Below are positions 1 through 36,600 of a DNA stretch of 64,000 nucleotides, in pieces; within the stretch, counting starts at the first letter, position 1, and every line of letters starts with the position of its first letter. The position numbers and the translations under genes are program-made. The stretch is from Hormiphora californensis (Eukaryota; Animalia; Ctenophora): NCBI GenBank assembly GCA_020137815.1, contig CM035352.1, positions 3,162,001-3,226,000 of the forward strand, read 5' to 3'. The notes beneath the pieces were generated by a model. It worked only from the letters and a program-made list of their open reading frames with translations, was not told the origin of the DNA and ran no database searches.

Positions 1-2820
1 TTGACCCGCCTGCTGCAACCAGAATATATGACCACGGAACCAGCTCATTCATCAGAAATTCGTTCAAGGAATGGGGTTTCACCCACAGCCCACTGTCCAA
101 ACCAAAATTTAGTAACTTGTTCTCAGGTAGTTGACACTTGATATTAATTATGAAATGAGCTAGCTCCTATATCAAGCGCTGCCCAGCACCATCTGAAATA
201 ATTTTTCTTACTTTTCTTACTTGGAGCGAAGTTAAACAGGGGTTTTCCAGATTTGCGGGAGTTGGACATGGTAAGGTCAATTTTGTTCCTAGAAAACTCA
301 GATATTACGTACACAAATAGAGGATACAAGGAGTGATGGTATTCATCTAGAATCTAATCCACAGTTGTACCAATTTAAGGTGGATGATTGAAAGCATCAC
401 GACAGACTACTCAAATGCAAGACGTTAGACTAGGCTGGAATTAATGCTTGCTGCTTCATAGGATTTAATCCTACTTCATAGGAAGATGACAAACTGTAGT
501 TGTTGATACTCTAAACTAAAACTTTACAGTGTGTCTCATCACCTAGGTCTAAAGTATATATTTTACCATGGCGTGCTGCAGCTTTATAGTTTTACAGTGA
601 AACCAATATCACTGTTCTCAAACCGAGGTTTACACTAGGTCGGAAAAGATCCCTGTTATGTTCTAACCCTCCCTTTGTAAAAGGAGTGCACGGACAGAGG
701 GTCTAGCTAGGCGAAAAGATCCCTGCATGAGTGTGGTATTAGAATTATAACGGAACAGAACCATGGTGTACCAATACCAAGAGGCACAAAGTATAGATTA
801 ACTACGGAAGCTGTACTTCCTTTAATGAATCTGTTGAATATTATTTGTATTTTGATTAAAATAATCTCAATGTCTATTGTTTCAAAGAAAGTCAGTCATG
901 GACAACACCCCGAAAAGCTTCGGTAATGTTTTATCACAAATGTGTTAACAATCACTCACTGATCTCGTCTCACGATCTCGTCCAGTTTACAAACTTATGA
1001 ATGCAAATTTATGTCAAATGCAAATTTATTGAATTTTATATGTGTACACATGGGTTTAATACTTGCCTATCAGAGCATTGGCCTATTAGGACCCCAGTCT
1101 CGAGAAGTTAAGGGAGCATACATGATTGTACACGTACGTTCCCTAAGTATTACTAGGTATAATTATTCATGATTGCGTACGATATGCTATAACACCAATT
1201 TAGAACAACTCTGTTTGAAAAACGGGAAAATGACAAGGATTCAATAAAAGTGCAATATATTGATAGATGCAACTTATAGCTAGACCTCTACTACTTGTCT
1301 TATAGCTAGTTAAACTGCGGCCATATGTTTCTCTAGCTGTACTGGTGCCGTTTAAAACCCCATTTATATGCCATCAATATGCAGGAAACATGGAGGCACT
1401 CTGTATTTCAAGTGGAGATTTCACTTTCTGTCCTTCTTCTATGTCTCCCTTTCTTCTCTCTCAAAGAGCACAATTCCCATCATAAAACAGTTTCTCATCA
1501 ATGATGATCAATGATGTCATCTTGTATTATATCTTGCCAGTATAGTCCCTCTACTACAACCCCAATCTGAAATCAACACCCAACTGCCCACTTAAGGAAG
1601 AGCCGGGATCGAAGAGGCACATGTTTAGTAGATATGTTTTGGGTTGACGGACGAAAGTCGGAGATCGGCAAGGTGTTTCAAGTTGCGGTCGTAGGTTCGG
1701 GGGGCTAATCTGGAGTGTCTGTCCAACTCCCTATCTGCTCCTTCGGCTGATTCTTTGGCTATCACTTGCTGGACCTCGCATGGCATAACTGAAATGGGAG
1801 ATTAATTGTAGAATCAGTGGAGGTCCGTCAGAGCATTGTCCTGAACCGCAGTCAGAGCTTTGGCCTGGCAGGTCGACCTATCAAGGGGGGGGGGGGGTGT
1901 ATGTACACACTTATGGCTGGTCAAGGTCAAAAGGGTTAAGTATTACACTAGTAAAGTATGGGTAAACTTAGGAAGAGTCATAAATAGGACAACTTTACCT
2001 TTGACAGTGGGGTAAAATCGGGAGTCTCCAGTTTTTAGTTTCAGCTCCTTACTTTTAGGCTTTCCAGCAGATAGACTTAGAGTTCTGAAGTCAGGGCAAC
2101 CTGAAGGGAATGTCTTATAGTTTAGCAAGTAAATATCATGAACATAATTTTTAGCACTTCAAGTTCAAGCTTGAGCAATACCATGAACATCAAATACTGG
2201 GCAAGAAAAGAATTGAAAATTGGTCCATCATGTTGCTTAGCCAAGATCACTGCTAAATCATTAACAATAAACCACTAAATATATCCAATAATCAATATTA
2301 GTTGTTATGTTCTAACCCTCCTTTACATTTCGCGGGCGGGGCACGCAAAACAGAGTCTAGCTAGGCAAAATATTAGATGAACTTACTCTTGCTGCCCCAC
2401 TGGTGAGCAGCTAGTAAACCTTTTACAAGGGACATTTTAATAGAAATGCTCCAGTGATCCTATATTGTAGCTAGGTAGGAGCTGTGTATATATTCACACT
2501 ACAGTGGTAAAGAAGATGAAAAACTAACACATTTCATTTGTAGTATCTCCTTTCCTACAGCTCACCAATATACAGATCATCTATTGCACTTTAGACTCGT
2601 CCCATCTTCAGCTTCACTTATATCATCGCTGGAAGCTGTTATAAACAAAGTATGGCAGATAAACCTAATTCATCAATTCACAAATAAAAAGAAAACACAG
2701 TAATAGCTCGGTATAATTCATCAATTCTATCACATTTCTATTGTCGTTACATCTCTTCACAATATGGGTTCCATCCCTAATATACTCACCTGGTTCGCAG
2801 TCCTGGTAGGGTGGAGGAGG
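1..2820 (-). CDS. Partial, unidentified multi-exon gene, divergent from C2CD5
   Basis: Candidate minus-strand exons with canonical AG/GT ends: 2820-2790 (31-nt micro-exon, PPPYQDCEP), ~2635-2566, 288-221 (TKLTLPCPTPANLENPCLTSLQ) and 166-<1 (ELAHFIINIKCQLPENKLLNFGLDSGLWVKPHSLNEF). The last two join in phase 0. No family recognised and the intervening exons are unresolved. Confidence 0.3.
654..714 (+). mobile_element. ~60-70 bp dispersed micro-element (TGTTATGTTCTAACC...CTAGCTAGGC), one of 4 copies
   Basis: Also at 2302-2368, 16211-16266 and reversed at 14785-14854. Each copy is flanked by its own ~8-10 bp direct repeat (aaagatccc; aatattag; gcata(a/t)tat; cattgtgc). Confidence 0.6.
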
Positions 2821-3066
2821 CTAAACGCGATAGAGATGGGATAGAGATGGGATTGCAGTCCTGGTAGGGTGGAGGAGGCTAAACGCGATAGAGATGGGAT
2901 AGAGATGGGATTGCAGTCCTGGTAGGGTGGAGGAGGCTAAACGCGATAGAGATGGGATAGAGATGGGATTGCAGTCCTGGTAGGGTGGAGGGGGCTAAAC
3001 GCGATAGAGATGGGATTGCAGTCCTGGTAGGGTGGAGGGGGCTAAACGCGATAGAGATGGGATTGC
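2797..3066. repeat. Minisatellite, ~47-58 bp unit x5, containing a minus-strand acceptor plus exon start
   Basis: Unit gcagtcctggtagggtggaggaggctaaacgcgatagagatgggatagagatgggatt is directly visible. Confidence 0.9.
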
Positions 3067-3221
3067 CTTGTAAACTCACTATCATCAATCAGCGAAAGCC
3101 ATAATCCACTGCCATAGCAACATTATAACTGATCCTTACAGAGAAACTTACAAAAAAGTTGGTAAGTTGTAAGTTGGTCCCTTAATTATCACAATTCTCT
3201 TTTCCAGTTGTTACAGATAAG

Positions 3222-27387
<24,166 letters not shown>

Positions 27388-27954
27388 GGGCGGTATCACT
27401 CCCAGGGTGACATGGAGAAAGGGACAGGGTGACATGAAGAAAGGCAGCTGACAGCACAATGCCTGACCACTCTCTCTCCTCACTCCGCACATTTAAGAGC
27501 GAACTACGCGAGAAAGGGTCAATGAGATAACATGCCTGGCAGAAAAGTAGGATTCACGTCGCCTAGTCGGGAGTATTATATATTCCAAAGGAATACTGAA
27601 CAGAGTCAGAGTAGCCTCCAAGGACAGTGTATCATGTCAATTTTTTTGGCAAAGAAAGACTAACTTGATTTTTGTATGATCCATGTATTTTGTGATTGTT
27701 TTATTTTTTTAGTGACAAAAAATAGACATTCATACGACTATGTTTTTTCATTGAATACATTTTTCAATTATCTAACTTTCTATTTCCCCTAGCCACCAAT
27801 CATGTCTTGTTGTCTTTCAATGGAGTGACACCTCAGCGGAGATCTTATTTCTAGAGGAACATCACCACCTCCTTCTACCACAATCTATACTGCTGACAAC
27901 TGTTCTATCCGACTCCATCTCCAACACATATTATACTGAACCCTAATTGTCACC

Positions 27955-29288
27955 ATGTCACTAGTAGACAAAGTAGTGAAGCGGATGATTGTCACCAGCT
28001 TCTTTGGAGATGGCTGGGGAGATAAGGAAACGTACTCCAAACTCCTCTCCCTCAGATCTGTCTACCAGGATCGCCAACTCCTTCATAAAAACTATTATTC
28101 TGACAGCCAATTGTCCGTTAAACAGATGAAAGGCGGATCAAAACACCTCACCAGCTTCGAGGGTCGGTTTGAATCGCCCCTTGCCAATACGGGGATACTC
28201 CCCGAGGAGTCTCGCTATTGCCGGTTCCACCTTCACCTGCCCGCAGATTTTAACCCCTCCACCCGGGTGTGCCTCCTATTTGCTCCGACTGGGGACCATT
28301 CCTTCTGGAGACGGTACCGGTTCCTCTCCTACCCCCTTGCTCGGGAGTACGGTATTGGCTCCGTTGTCGTGGAGAATCCCTTCTACGGGAGCCGGAAACC
28401 CAAGAATCAAACTCGCTCCGGAATCAGACAAGTATCAGACCTCTTTACCATGGGTTCCGCTTTAATCCTTGAAGGAGGTTTCCTTTTAAACTGGCTACAA
28501 GACGAACATGGGTTTTCCTCTCTTGGTATCTCCGGTGTGTCTTTGGGGGGACATAACGCCTCCCTTACCGCTGCGGTCTACCAGAGACCCCTCGCGACTA
28601 TCCCATGCCTAAGCTGGAGCACGGCAGCTCACACCTTCAGTGATGGCATCATATCAGGCCAGCTGTATGTGGAGTGTGCTGAGAGATCAACTTAGCCCGG
28701 AGAAAGTTGCCGAGATAAAGGAGGTTGTGAGGTTAACTGACAATGAGATCCTAGAGTTGTTACAAAGTGGGGAGGTCAAGGAGAAGAGTTCCGGGCCGGG
28801 CAGTTTGGTCAGTAAGATACTTCATTCTGACCGTCTGACATCACTAACTAGCTCCCTGGGAGAGGGCAGTAGGAGCTCACAGAATCTCCAGTCTTACCAA
28901 CTCCATAGGAGTGGGCGGACGGACAGCCAGCAAAGACCGGACCACTTCACTTTACATGCGGCTACTAATCGACGAGTTCTCGAATTTAAAAAACTACCCC
29001 ACACTGACTCGCCCTGAGTCGGCCGTTGTAGTCGTGGCAGAGGAGGACTTGTACGTGACGCGGCCGAGCGATGACCACATGATTCAGGATATCAGTGAGA
29101 TATGGCCCGGGTGCGAGGTAAGGGTGGTGAAAGGGGGCCACATTACGAGCTATTTGACACATAACGGCACATTCAGAAGTGCGATTAGCGATGCATTTGA
29201 TCGTCTCGAGGCTGGGAAGGATGATTGTACGGAACGGACAGGTAGTTTGGATAAACAATTAGGGTCTACTGAAGATATCACTGCTTAA
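27955..29288 (+). CDS. ABHD18: Alpha/beta-hydrolase domain protein 18 (C4orf29) orthologue, intronless CDS with two apparent +1 frameshifts
   Basis: Three overlapping ORFs (27955-28695, 28640-29017, 28911-29288). Motifs FFGDGWG, PTGDHSFWRR, ENPFYGSRKP, VSDLFTMGSALILE, GVSLGG nucleophile elbow, PCLSWSTA, DLYV, IWPGCEVR..GGHITSY. Confidence 0.92.
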
Positions 29289-29588
29289 GGGATTTTATAT
29301 GAAGTAAGAAGTGATTGATTATTTGTACTACGGGTGTTATATTAGCTGATTAATAATTACTTAGTTAATTAGCTAACTAATTACTGTGTTAGGGAACACA
29401 ACTAAAAGAATTTGTATTGTTCAGCTACTGAACTTATCACATTTGTATATTTGTTTTAGATAGTCAGTCTACTAAGACTTCCTAATAGGTACTGATAATA
29501 GATTAAGAGTAAACCATAATTTGAGATTATATTAGAATAATTTAGATGTGTGTAGATCTAGATAACATTCATAAGTATCAGAATTATT

Positions 29589-29648
29589 CTGTCTGGCGCC
29601 GCCGACCCCATCTGAGAATCAAATGGGGGGTATGGCGCCGCCATACAG
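29589..29648. mobile_element. Hairpin micro-MITE, CTGT..ACAG family, 8-bp TSD
   Basis: gaattatt|ctgtctggcgccgcc...ggcgccgccatacag|gaattatt. Other copies at 29771-29811, 31108-31182, 35211-35287, 35723-35787. Confidence 0.8.
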
Positions 29649-30361
29649 GAATTATTAGTATTTCTGAAACTTAAAAGTAAAAGTGTTTTCTCAGACTCAG
29701 AGCCTGTAGAGAGGAAAATTAACAATGCCATGTAAAGTGTGATCAGTTACCCAATGGGGTAATGATCTCGCTGTCTGACGCCGCAGACCCCATCTGAGCG
29801 CCGCCAGACAGTGATCTAGCGACCCGCTTTGATTATCAGTGGGTTCCGATCAGGAAGATGCCGCCAGCCAGCTGCATTTTGCTTGTGGCCCACATGTCAG
29901 GTGGCTCAGACAAAATAGGTCAAGTGATAAGAACTTTACTACACTAATAGTAATTGGGAGCATGTGCAGCTGCGTGTGTAAAGTAAAAGTGTTTTCTCAG
30001 ACTCAGAGCCTGTAGAATTAAAGGAGAGGAAAATTAACAATGCCATGTAAAGTGTGATCTAGACAGTTAAAATAGGTCAAGTGATAAGAATTAAGAACTT
30101 TACTACACTAATTGGGAGCATGTGCAGCTGCGTGTGTAAAATGTGTTTTTATGCAATTGCATAATATCAATATTGTTATTGTTTCCGTTAAAAAATATGT
30201 TGTTTTGTTGCATTGTAACCGAAATGGAGCATTGTACATGAAAGTGAAATTTCTCCCTAGACTCCTTGTGAATCAACTCACCTTTCTCTGAACCCCCGCC
30301 ACATCCCAGACATATCCACAAACCCCACACCAGCCCCCAGCCATCACCTGCCACCCACGAG

Positions 30362-30532
30362 TAGGGCTCTCTTTCTCGAAATTTAACTGTTTTCGACGAG
30401 ATTTTTCGAGGCGTCTGCGCCAATTCCAGGAAGCAGTACAAGTGATGTCCAAACAATCAGGGCCTAGAAAAAGGTCTAGCCTATCGTTCTAGGGGGGGCT
30501 CTTTTTTGAAATTTTTTTCACGAAGAGCCCTA
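30362..30532. mobile_element. hAT-type MITE (171 bp, 8-bp TSD)
   Basis: cccacgag|tagggctct...agagcccta|cccacgag. Confidence 0.8.
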
Positions 30533-30673
30533 CCCACGAGCCCCTACCCCCAGCCCCTACCCCCAGCCAATGCCATGATCACCAACCCCTACCCCCAGCC
30601 AATGCCATGATCACCAGCCCCTACCCCCAGCCAATGACATGATCACCAGCCACCCAGATACCTGAGATATACC

Positions 30674-32404
30674 ATGCCCTGGTGATAATGGTTTGTGTGT
30701 GTGAACTCATTGTATTTTACTAACCCTCTATTATAGGAATCCTATTACAGAAATATCCCACTTTTATCCAGCCAATTAGGAACTGGAAGGAACCCCTCAA
30801 GGATACATATGACAAATTAGATAAGCCTTCCGAAATGAATGGTAATTATAATTCTTCTTCCCACCCCTTAAAATCAAAGATCCCATTCATACTCTCTCTC
30901 ATGCTCCCTACATTCCCCATTCAAATAACTCACACTTTCTTCTCTTTAGCCGAAGATAACAAGATTCAAATACCTGGGTATACTCCTTGGATCTACCAGA
31001 ACGACCGGCAATACATTTCCGATTATCTACAATCCACTCAATCAGATCACAAGTTTAATGTCTCCTTTTGGAAGGTACGTGAAATGTGTGTTTTTTGCTT
31101 GTATGAGCTGTCTGGCGCCGCGACCCCATCTGACTATCTGAGCGCACTGAGAATCAAATTTGGGTATGGCGCCGCCATACAGTCTATGAGCGGCGTTGTT
31201 AAATAAAAGTTATAGCCAAAATAAATGCTGGTTAAAGTTGTTAAATTTCCTGGACACCCAGTGGGTGACTCAGGAAAGTGAAACAGAAAGATACGGCTAG
31301 CAACAGAAAGGTACGGCTAGCAAGTAAAGAGAGAGAGAGAGCGAGAGAGAAGCAAGAAAAATGAAGTCACACAAGAACACAGGAGGGAGAGCCGTGGAAC
31401 TGGAAGCTAGACAACAAACTAGAGGGATAGGAACAAACAAAAATACAAAAAACAACAAACTAGAGGGATAGGAACAAACAAAAATACACAAAAAACAAGA
31501 ATTGTTAGATCTCCACTGTTTATTGTATCGTGGAGAACGTGTACTATTAGGAATGACCGACCACTAACAAAACAACTAACGAGCATCCCAGAATCGTGTC
31601 ACATATGTATATCGATCTATCCCTCTCATTAGAATTTTCTAGTGGTTTTGTTAGTACTACTAACAAAACCACTGACAAAAGTACTAACAAAAACAGTGTT
31701 TTTGTTAGTACTTTTGTTAGTGGTTTTGTTAGTGGTTTTGTTAGTCCTTTTGTCAGTGGTTTTGTTAGTCCTTTTGTCAGTGGTTTTGTTAGTACTTTTG
31801 TTAGTGGTTTTGTTAGTGTTTTTGTTAGTACTTTTGTCAGTGGTTTTGTTAGTGGTTTTGTTAGTCCTTTTGTCAGTGGTTTTGTTAGTCCTTTTGTCAG
31901 TGGTTTTGTTAGTACTTTTGACAGTGGTTTTGTTAGTATTTTTGTCAGTGGTTTTGTTAGTATTTTTGTTAGACGTTAGTGCTTTTGTTAGTGGTTTTGT
32001 TAGTCCTTTTGTTAGTGGTCGTGGTCTTCTTTTCTAAGGAAGGTTTGAAGGCGCTACGAAGGCGTTACGAGTATCTTCTGTTGAACTGGAACATCACCAA
32101 GAGAAAGATTTTAGAAATGCTTGATTCTTTTCACGGGTTATCGTTTTGCTCTCTGCTCTCCCATCTATCTTCAAGAATCTCTAGATAGAGATAGATAGGA
32201 GAGCGATATGATATCAGAAAGCTTTTTCTCTCTCTTGGTGATCTCCTCTTTACACGGGTTTTGCTCTCTACTCTCCCATTAGAAGAGCGAGATCAGAAAG
32301 CTTCTCTCTCTCTCTCTCTATCTCTCTATCTCTCTCTCCCCCCCCCCCTCTCTCTCTCTCTATCTCTCTCCCTCCCTCTCTCTCTCTCGCTCTCTCTCTC
32401 TCTC

Positions 32405-32456
<52 letters not shown>

Positions 32457-32555
32457 TCCTCTCTCTCTCTCTTCACTCTCTCTCTTCCTCTCTCTCTCCT
32501 CTCTCTCTCTGCTCTCATCCTCTCTCTCTCTACTACTCTCTCTCTCTTCTCGTCT

Positions 32556-32591
<36 letters not shown>

Positions 32592-33646
32592 AATTGTTGC
32601 TCCTTGCGCTCTTTTTCTTGAACTCTAGCAAATGGAGGTGGTTTGAGATTCTTTACACTAAACTGTAGAGAAAGGGAGAGAGACTATTGTAGCATCACCA
32701 GTGGGGAGAGGACAGTCTTGTATGAGACAACTATCTCTCTTTCTCTACAGGCTAGCGTCTCACTCTGTCTCCATCTAACTCTGTCTCCATCTCATTCTCT
32801 GTCTCCAACTCACTCTGTCTCCATCTCACTCTGTCTCCATCTAACTCTGTCTCCATCTCATTCGGTCTCCATCTAACTCTGTCTCCATCTCACTCGGTCT
32901 CCATCTAACTCTGTCTCCATCTAACTCTGTCTCCATCTAACTCTGTCTCCATCTCACTCGGTCTCCATCTAACTCTGTCTCCATCTAACTCTGTCTCCAA
33001 CTCACTCGGTCTCCATCTAACTCTGTCTCCATCTCACTCTGTCTCCATCTCACTCTGTCTCCATCTCACTCTGTCTTCATCTCACTCTGTCTCCATCTCA
33101 CTCGGTCTCCATCTCACTCGGTCTCCATCTAACTCTGTCTCCATCTCATTCTCTGTCTCCAACTCACTCTGTCTCCATCTCACTCTGTCTCCATCTCACT
33201 CTGTCTCCAACTCACTCTGTCTTCATCTCACTCTGTCTCCATCTCACTGTCTTCATCTCACTCTGTCTCCAACTCACTTTGTCTCCATCTCACTCCATCT
33301 CTTTCTATCTCAAAAACTACAGCCGGATCAGAGAGGGAAAGATAATGATGAAAAAACCGGAGAGGGCAAAGGTGTCAGTTGTACAGTTGTTAGTGGTTTT
33401 GTTAGTATTTTTGTCAGTGGTTTTGTTATTGCTTCTGTTAGTGGTTTTGTTAGTGGTTTTGTTAGTGGTCATGGCCTTCTTTTCTAAGGAAGGTTTGAAG
33501 GCGCTACGAGTATTTCTGTTGAACTGGAACATCACCAAGAGAAAGATTTTAGAAATGCTCGATTCTTTTCACGGGTTATCGTTTTGCTCTCTACTCTCCC
33601 ATCTATCTTCAAGAATCTCTAGCTAGAAGAGCGAGATCAGAAAGCT

Positions 33647-33687
<41 letters not shown>

Positions 33688-36600
33688 ATCTATCTCTCGC
33701 TCATTGTGCTCCTTGCGCTCTTTTTCTTGAACTCTAGCAAATGGAGGTGGTTTGAGATTCTTTACACTAAACTGTAGAGAAAGGGAGAGACTATTGTAGC
33801 ATCACCAGTGGGGAGAGGACAGTCTTGTATGAGACAACTATCTCTCTTTCTCTACAGGCTAGCGTAGAGACTAGAGAGGTGGATTTCTCGCTCTCCTTTC
33901 TCAGGGAGGCATTTTCTAAACTGGAGTTAAAAATAGTAACCACGGATAATCCTTGGGAAGAGTGTCCCCCTCACCGTCTCCCCTCACCCTCTCGTGCTTT
34001 CCAATAGTCCGGTGTGCCATCGCCACGTGGTGCTGAATTGGAGCACAACAACTACCCCAATAATGAATGGGGGGGTGCCGGCCAATAATTAATGAGGATG
34101 AGGTCTTGTCCAGCGTTTTTCGAATTAATGAGGGCCCTCAAAAATCCTCAACAATTATTTTATAGTTTTTACAAAATTTTTGACGATTACGAATATTATT
34201 GGGCATACACATTCCTTAATAGGAGTAAAACAGTTAGACAATTTTCCCAGATACACTGGTGATGGCCCTAAAAACATCCTCAAAAGTCCTCAAAATGAGG
34301 CGAAATCGTCAATGTAAATATGGGGTAAATTTGTGCTGCCTCCACTCTGACGCGTGAGGCCCGGGTTCGATTCCCGACCGGGCCCGGGTGGGGACACTTT
34401 TTTTTAAATTTTGAAAACTTTATAAATGATTTATAAATGATTTCTAAAAATTTTCTAGACATTTATCTTACTAGGCAGCAAAATCGTTGATTTTTGGGAC
34501 AAAGTTGGCCGCATATTTGACTGAAAATTGTATTTATCTAAAATTTTGAAAATCTGGGCACCGGGGTCTTGTCAAGCATGTGAAGTTAATAACTTTGCTA
34601 AAAGAAAGCAGTGCTTCAAATGTGGGAAGCCAAAGAGCACAGTCAAGAGCACTGGAATTGATAATCAGTGCATTTTATACCTCTAAAATATAATCTATTA
34701 TTGTTTTTTATCAGGCATTTGCTGTGTTTATGTTTAAATAGAACGAAACATTTTTGAGGATTTTTGAGGATTTTTGAGGATTTTTGAGGGCTTGTCCAGC
34801 AAATAATAAATGAGGATTTTTGAGGTGACCTCAAAAATCCTCATAAATTCCGGCCGGAACCCCCCCTAATGAATATTATTATCAATCCACCCTCCCCAGG
34901 CGATCCTAGTCTGGTTGGAAGGAAGGACAGAGGAGGTCAAAGAGAGGGATGCAGAAAACTTCCTGGGTCCACTCTCTAACACCCTCCTCAAGGTCTACCT
35001 GGAGCGAGGCATGCAGTATGATTCTGGGCTACTGAAAATTACCAAGTTTCATTTGGCGGCATTTCTTAAGGTATGTGAGTTTTTTGTCAGGCAAACATCC
35101 CTCCTCAATAAGTGAGTTGGACATCTCCCTGTCAATGCTCTGACAGTTCTTGCGCGCTCAGGCCAGACAGATATCTCCAGACTTCCAAGGTCCAAGTAGT
35201 TAGTACCTCCCTGTCTGGCGCCGCGACCCATCTGAGCGCACTGTTGCACGCTCAGAGAATCAAATGGGGTATGGCGCCGCCATACAGGTACCTCCCATTC
35301 CTTCCCAAATAACTGCTGTCATTGGCCTGACAGGATAACTGTCCTGCATGGCCAATGTCCTCTCTATAGTGTGCTGACACAGAACCACGTTTAGTTACTG
35401 AAGATGGGACCTAGCCTCGATGCATCTACACGACCGACTGCAGTTCTCGAACCATACCTAGGAGTACTCAGGACCCTTATTCAGCTGGAAACTAACAACA
35501 CAGAATTTTGTGAACTTAGAAACAATTTCAAGTCGCAGGTAAAATAATGGGTTATTGGTTTTATTGGTTGTATTAACATTTTGTAGTTTCCTAGCCGGGT
35601 GGGCAGCTGCGTTGGGCAAGAAGATGAAGGGAAAACATAATGCCTTCTCAGTAGACAAGAATAACACGAGTTATTTTGGTACCTCTCAGGTTCTCAAAGT
35701 CAAACTGTAAATCCAAAACTACCTGTCTGGCGCCGCCAACCCCATCTGAGCGCACTGTCAAATTGGGGTATAGGCGCCGCCATACAGGAAACTACCAGGT
35801 TTTCCAAATGCCCCCTTCTCGTTGTATGACTCAATACCATTCCCTCAGCTACTGGATCTTCTACCCAAGCCCACTGACAGTGAGTTTGATGATGTAATCC
35901 CTGAATTCCTACTGATAAAAGAACTGGAGGACCCCCACGGGGATTTAACCACTGCTTTTAACATCCTATGTCATGTTAGGGATCCCACCTTCAAAGTTGC
36001 CCTGGGTACAAGGTATGTGTTTTACATTTCCCTGTATGGAGTCGGCTGGGGCCTGTCTCTGGCGGCGGCGACCCGATCTGGCGGCGGCGTGAATTAAAAC
36101 GGGGTCTGGCGCCGCCAGATGGAACAAGACAAGGGGAGGCCAGGGGTGTGATGAAACCTCTCATTTCACTCCTAAAATTCGTAAAATTACACCCCCTCAA
36201 CTCGTTCCAGGTCGGTTACTTTGATTCACTACACGATCATCCAGATGAGCTCTCTCTGCCTTTCCATCTCATCACCCCAGGAACTGGAAACTCTTGAGAG
36301 GATTCTATTTGGACAGATACAAAGCGATGTATCCCCCCTGTGTGCTCTAGTTGCTGGTGATATCCTCGTATATCTTGCTAGGTAGGGTGTTGTGAAGGGA
36401 GGGGGGAGTAATTGTGGAGGGGGAGTAATTGTGGAGGGGGGGGGGGGGGGGGGTAATTGTGGAGGGGGGTGTAATTGTTGAGGGTGGCGGGGGCTTGTTG
36501 TCAACCAAACAATCGGTGTCGTCCGAACTGTCGTTCCACTGTCCATCCTTCTCTTATAATAATTGAAAGCGAGTGCAAACAGTCAGATTTTCTAGTGGAC

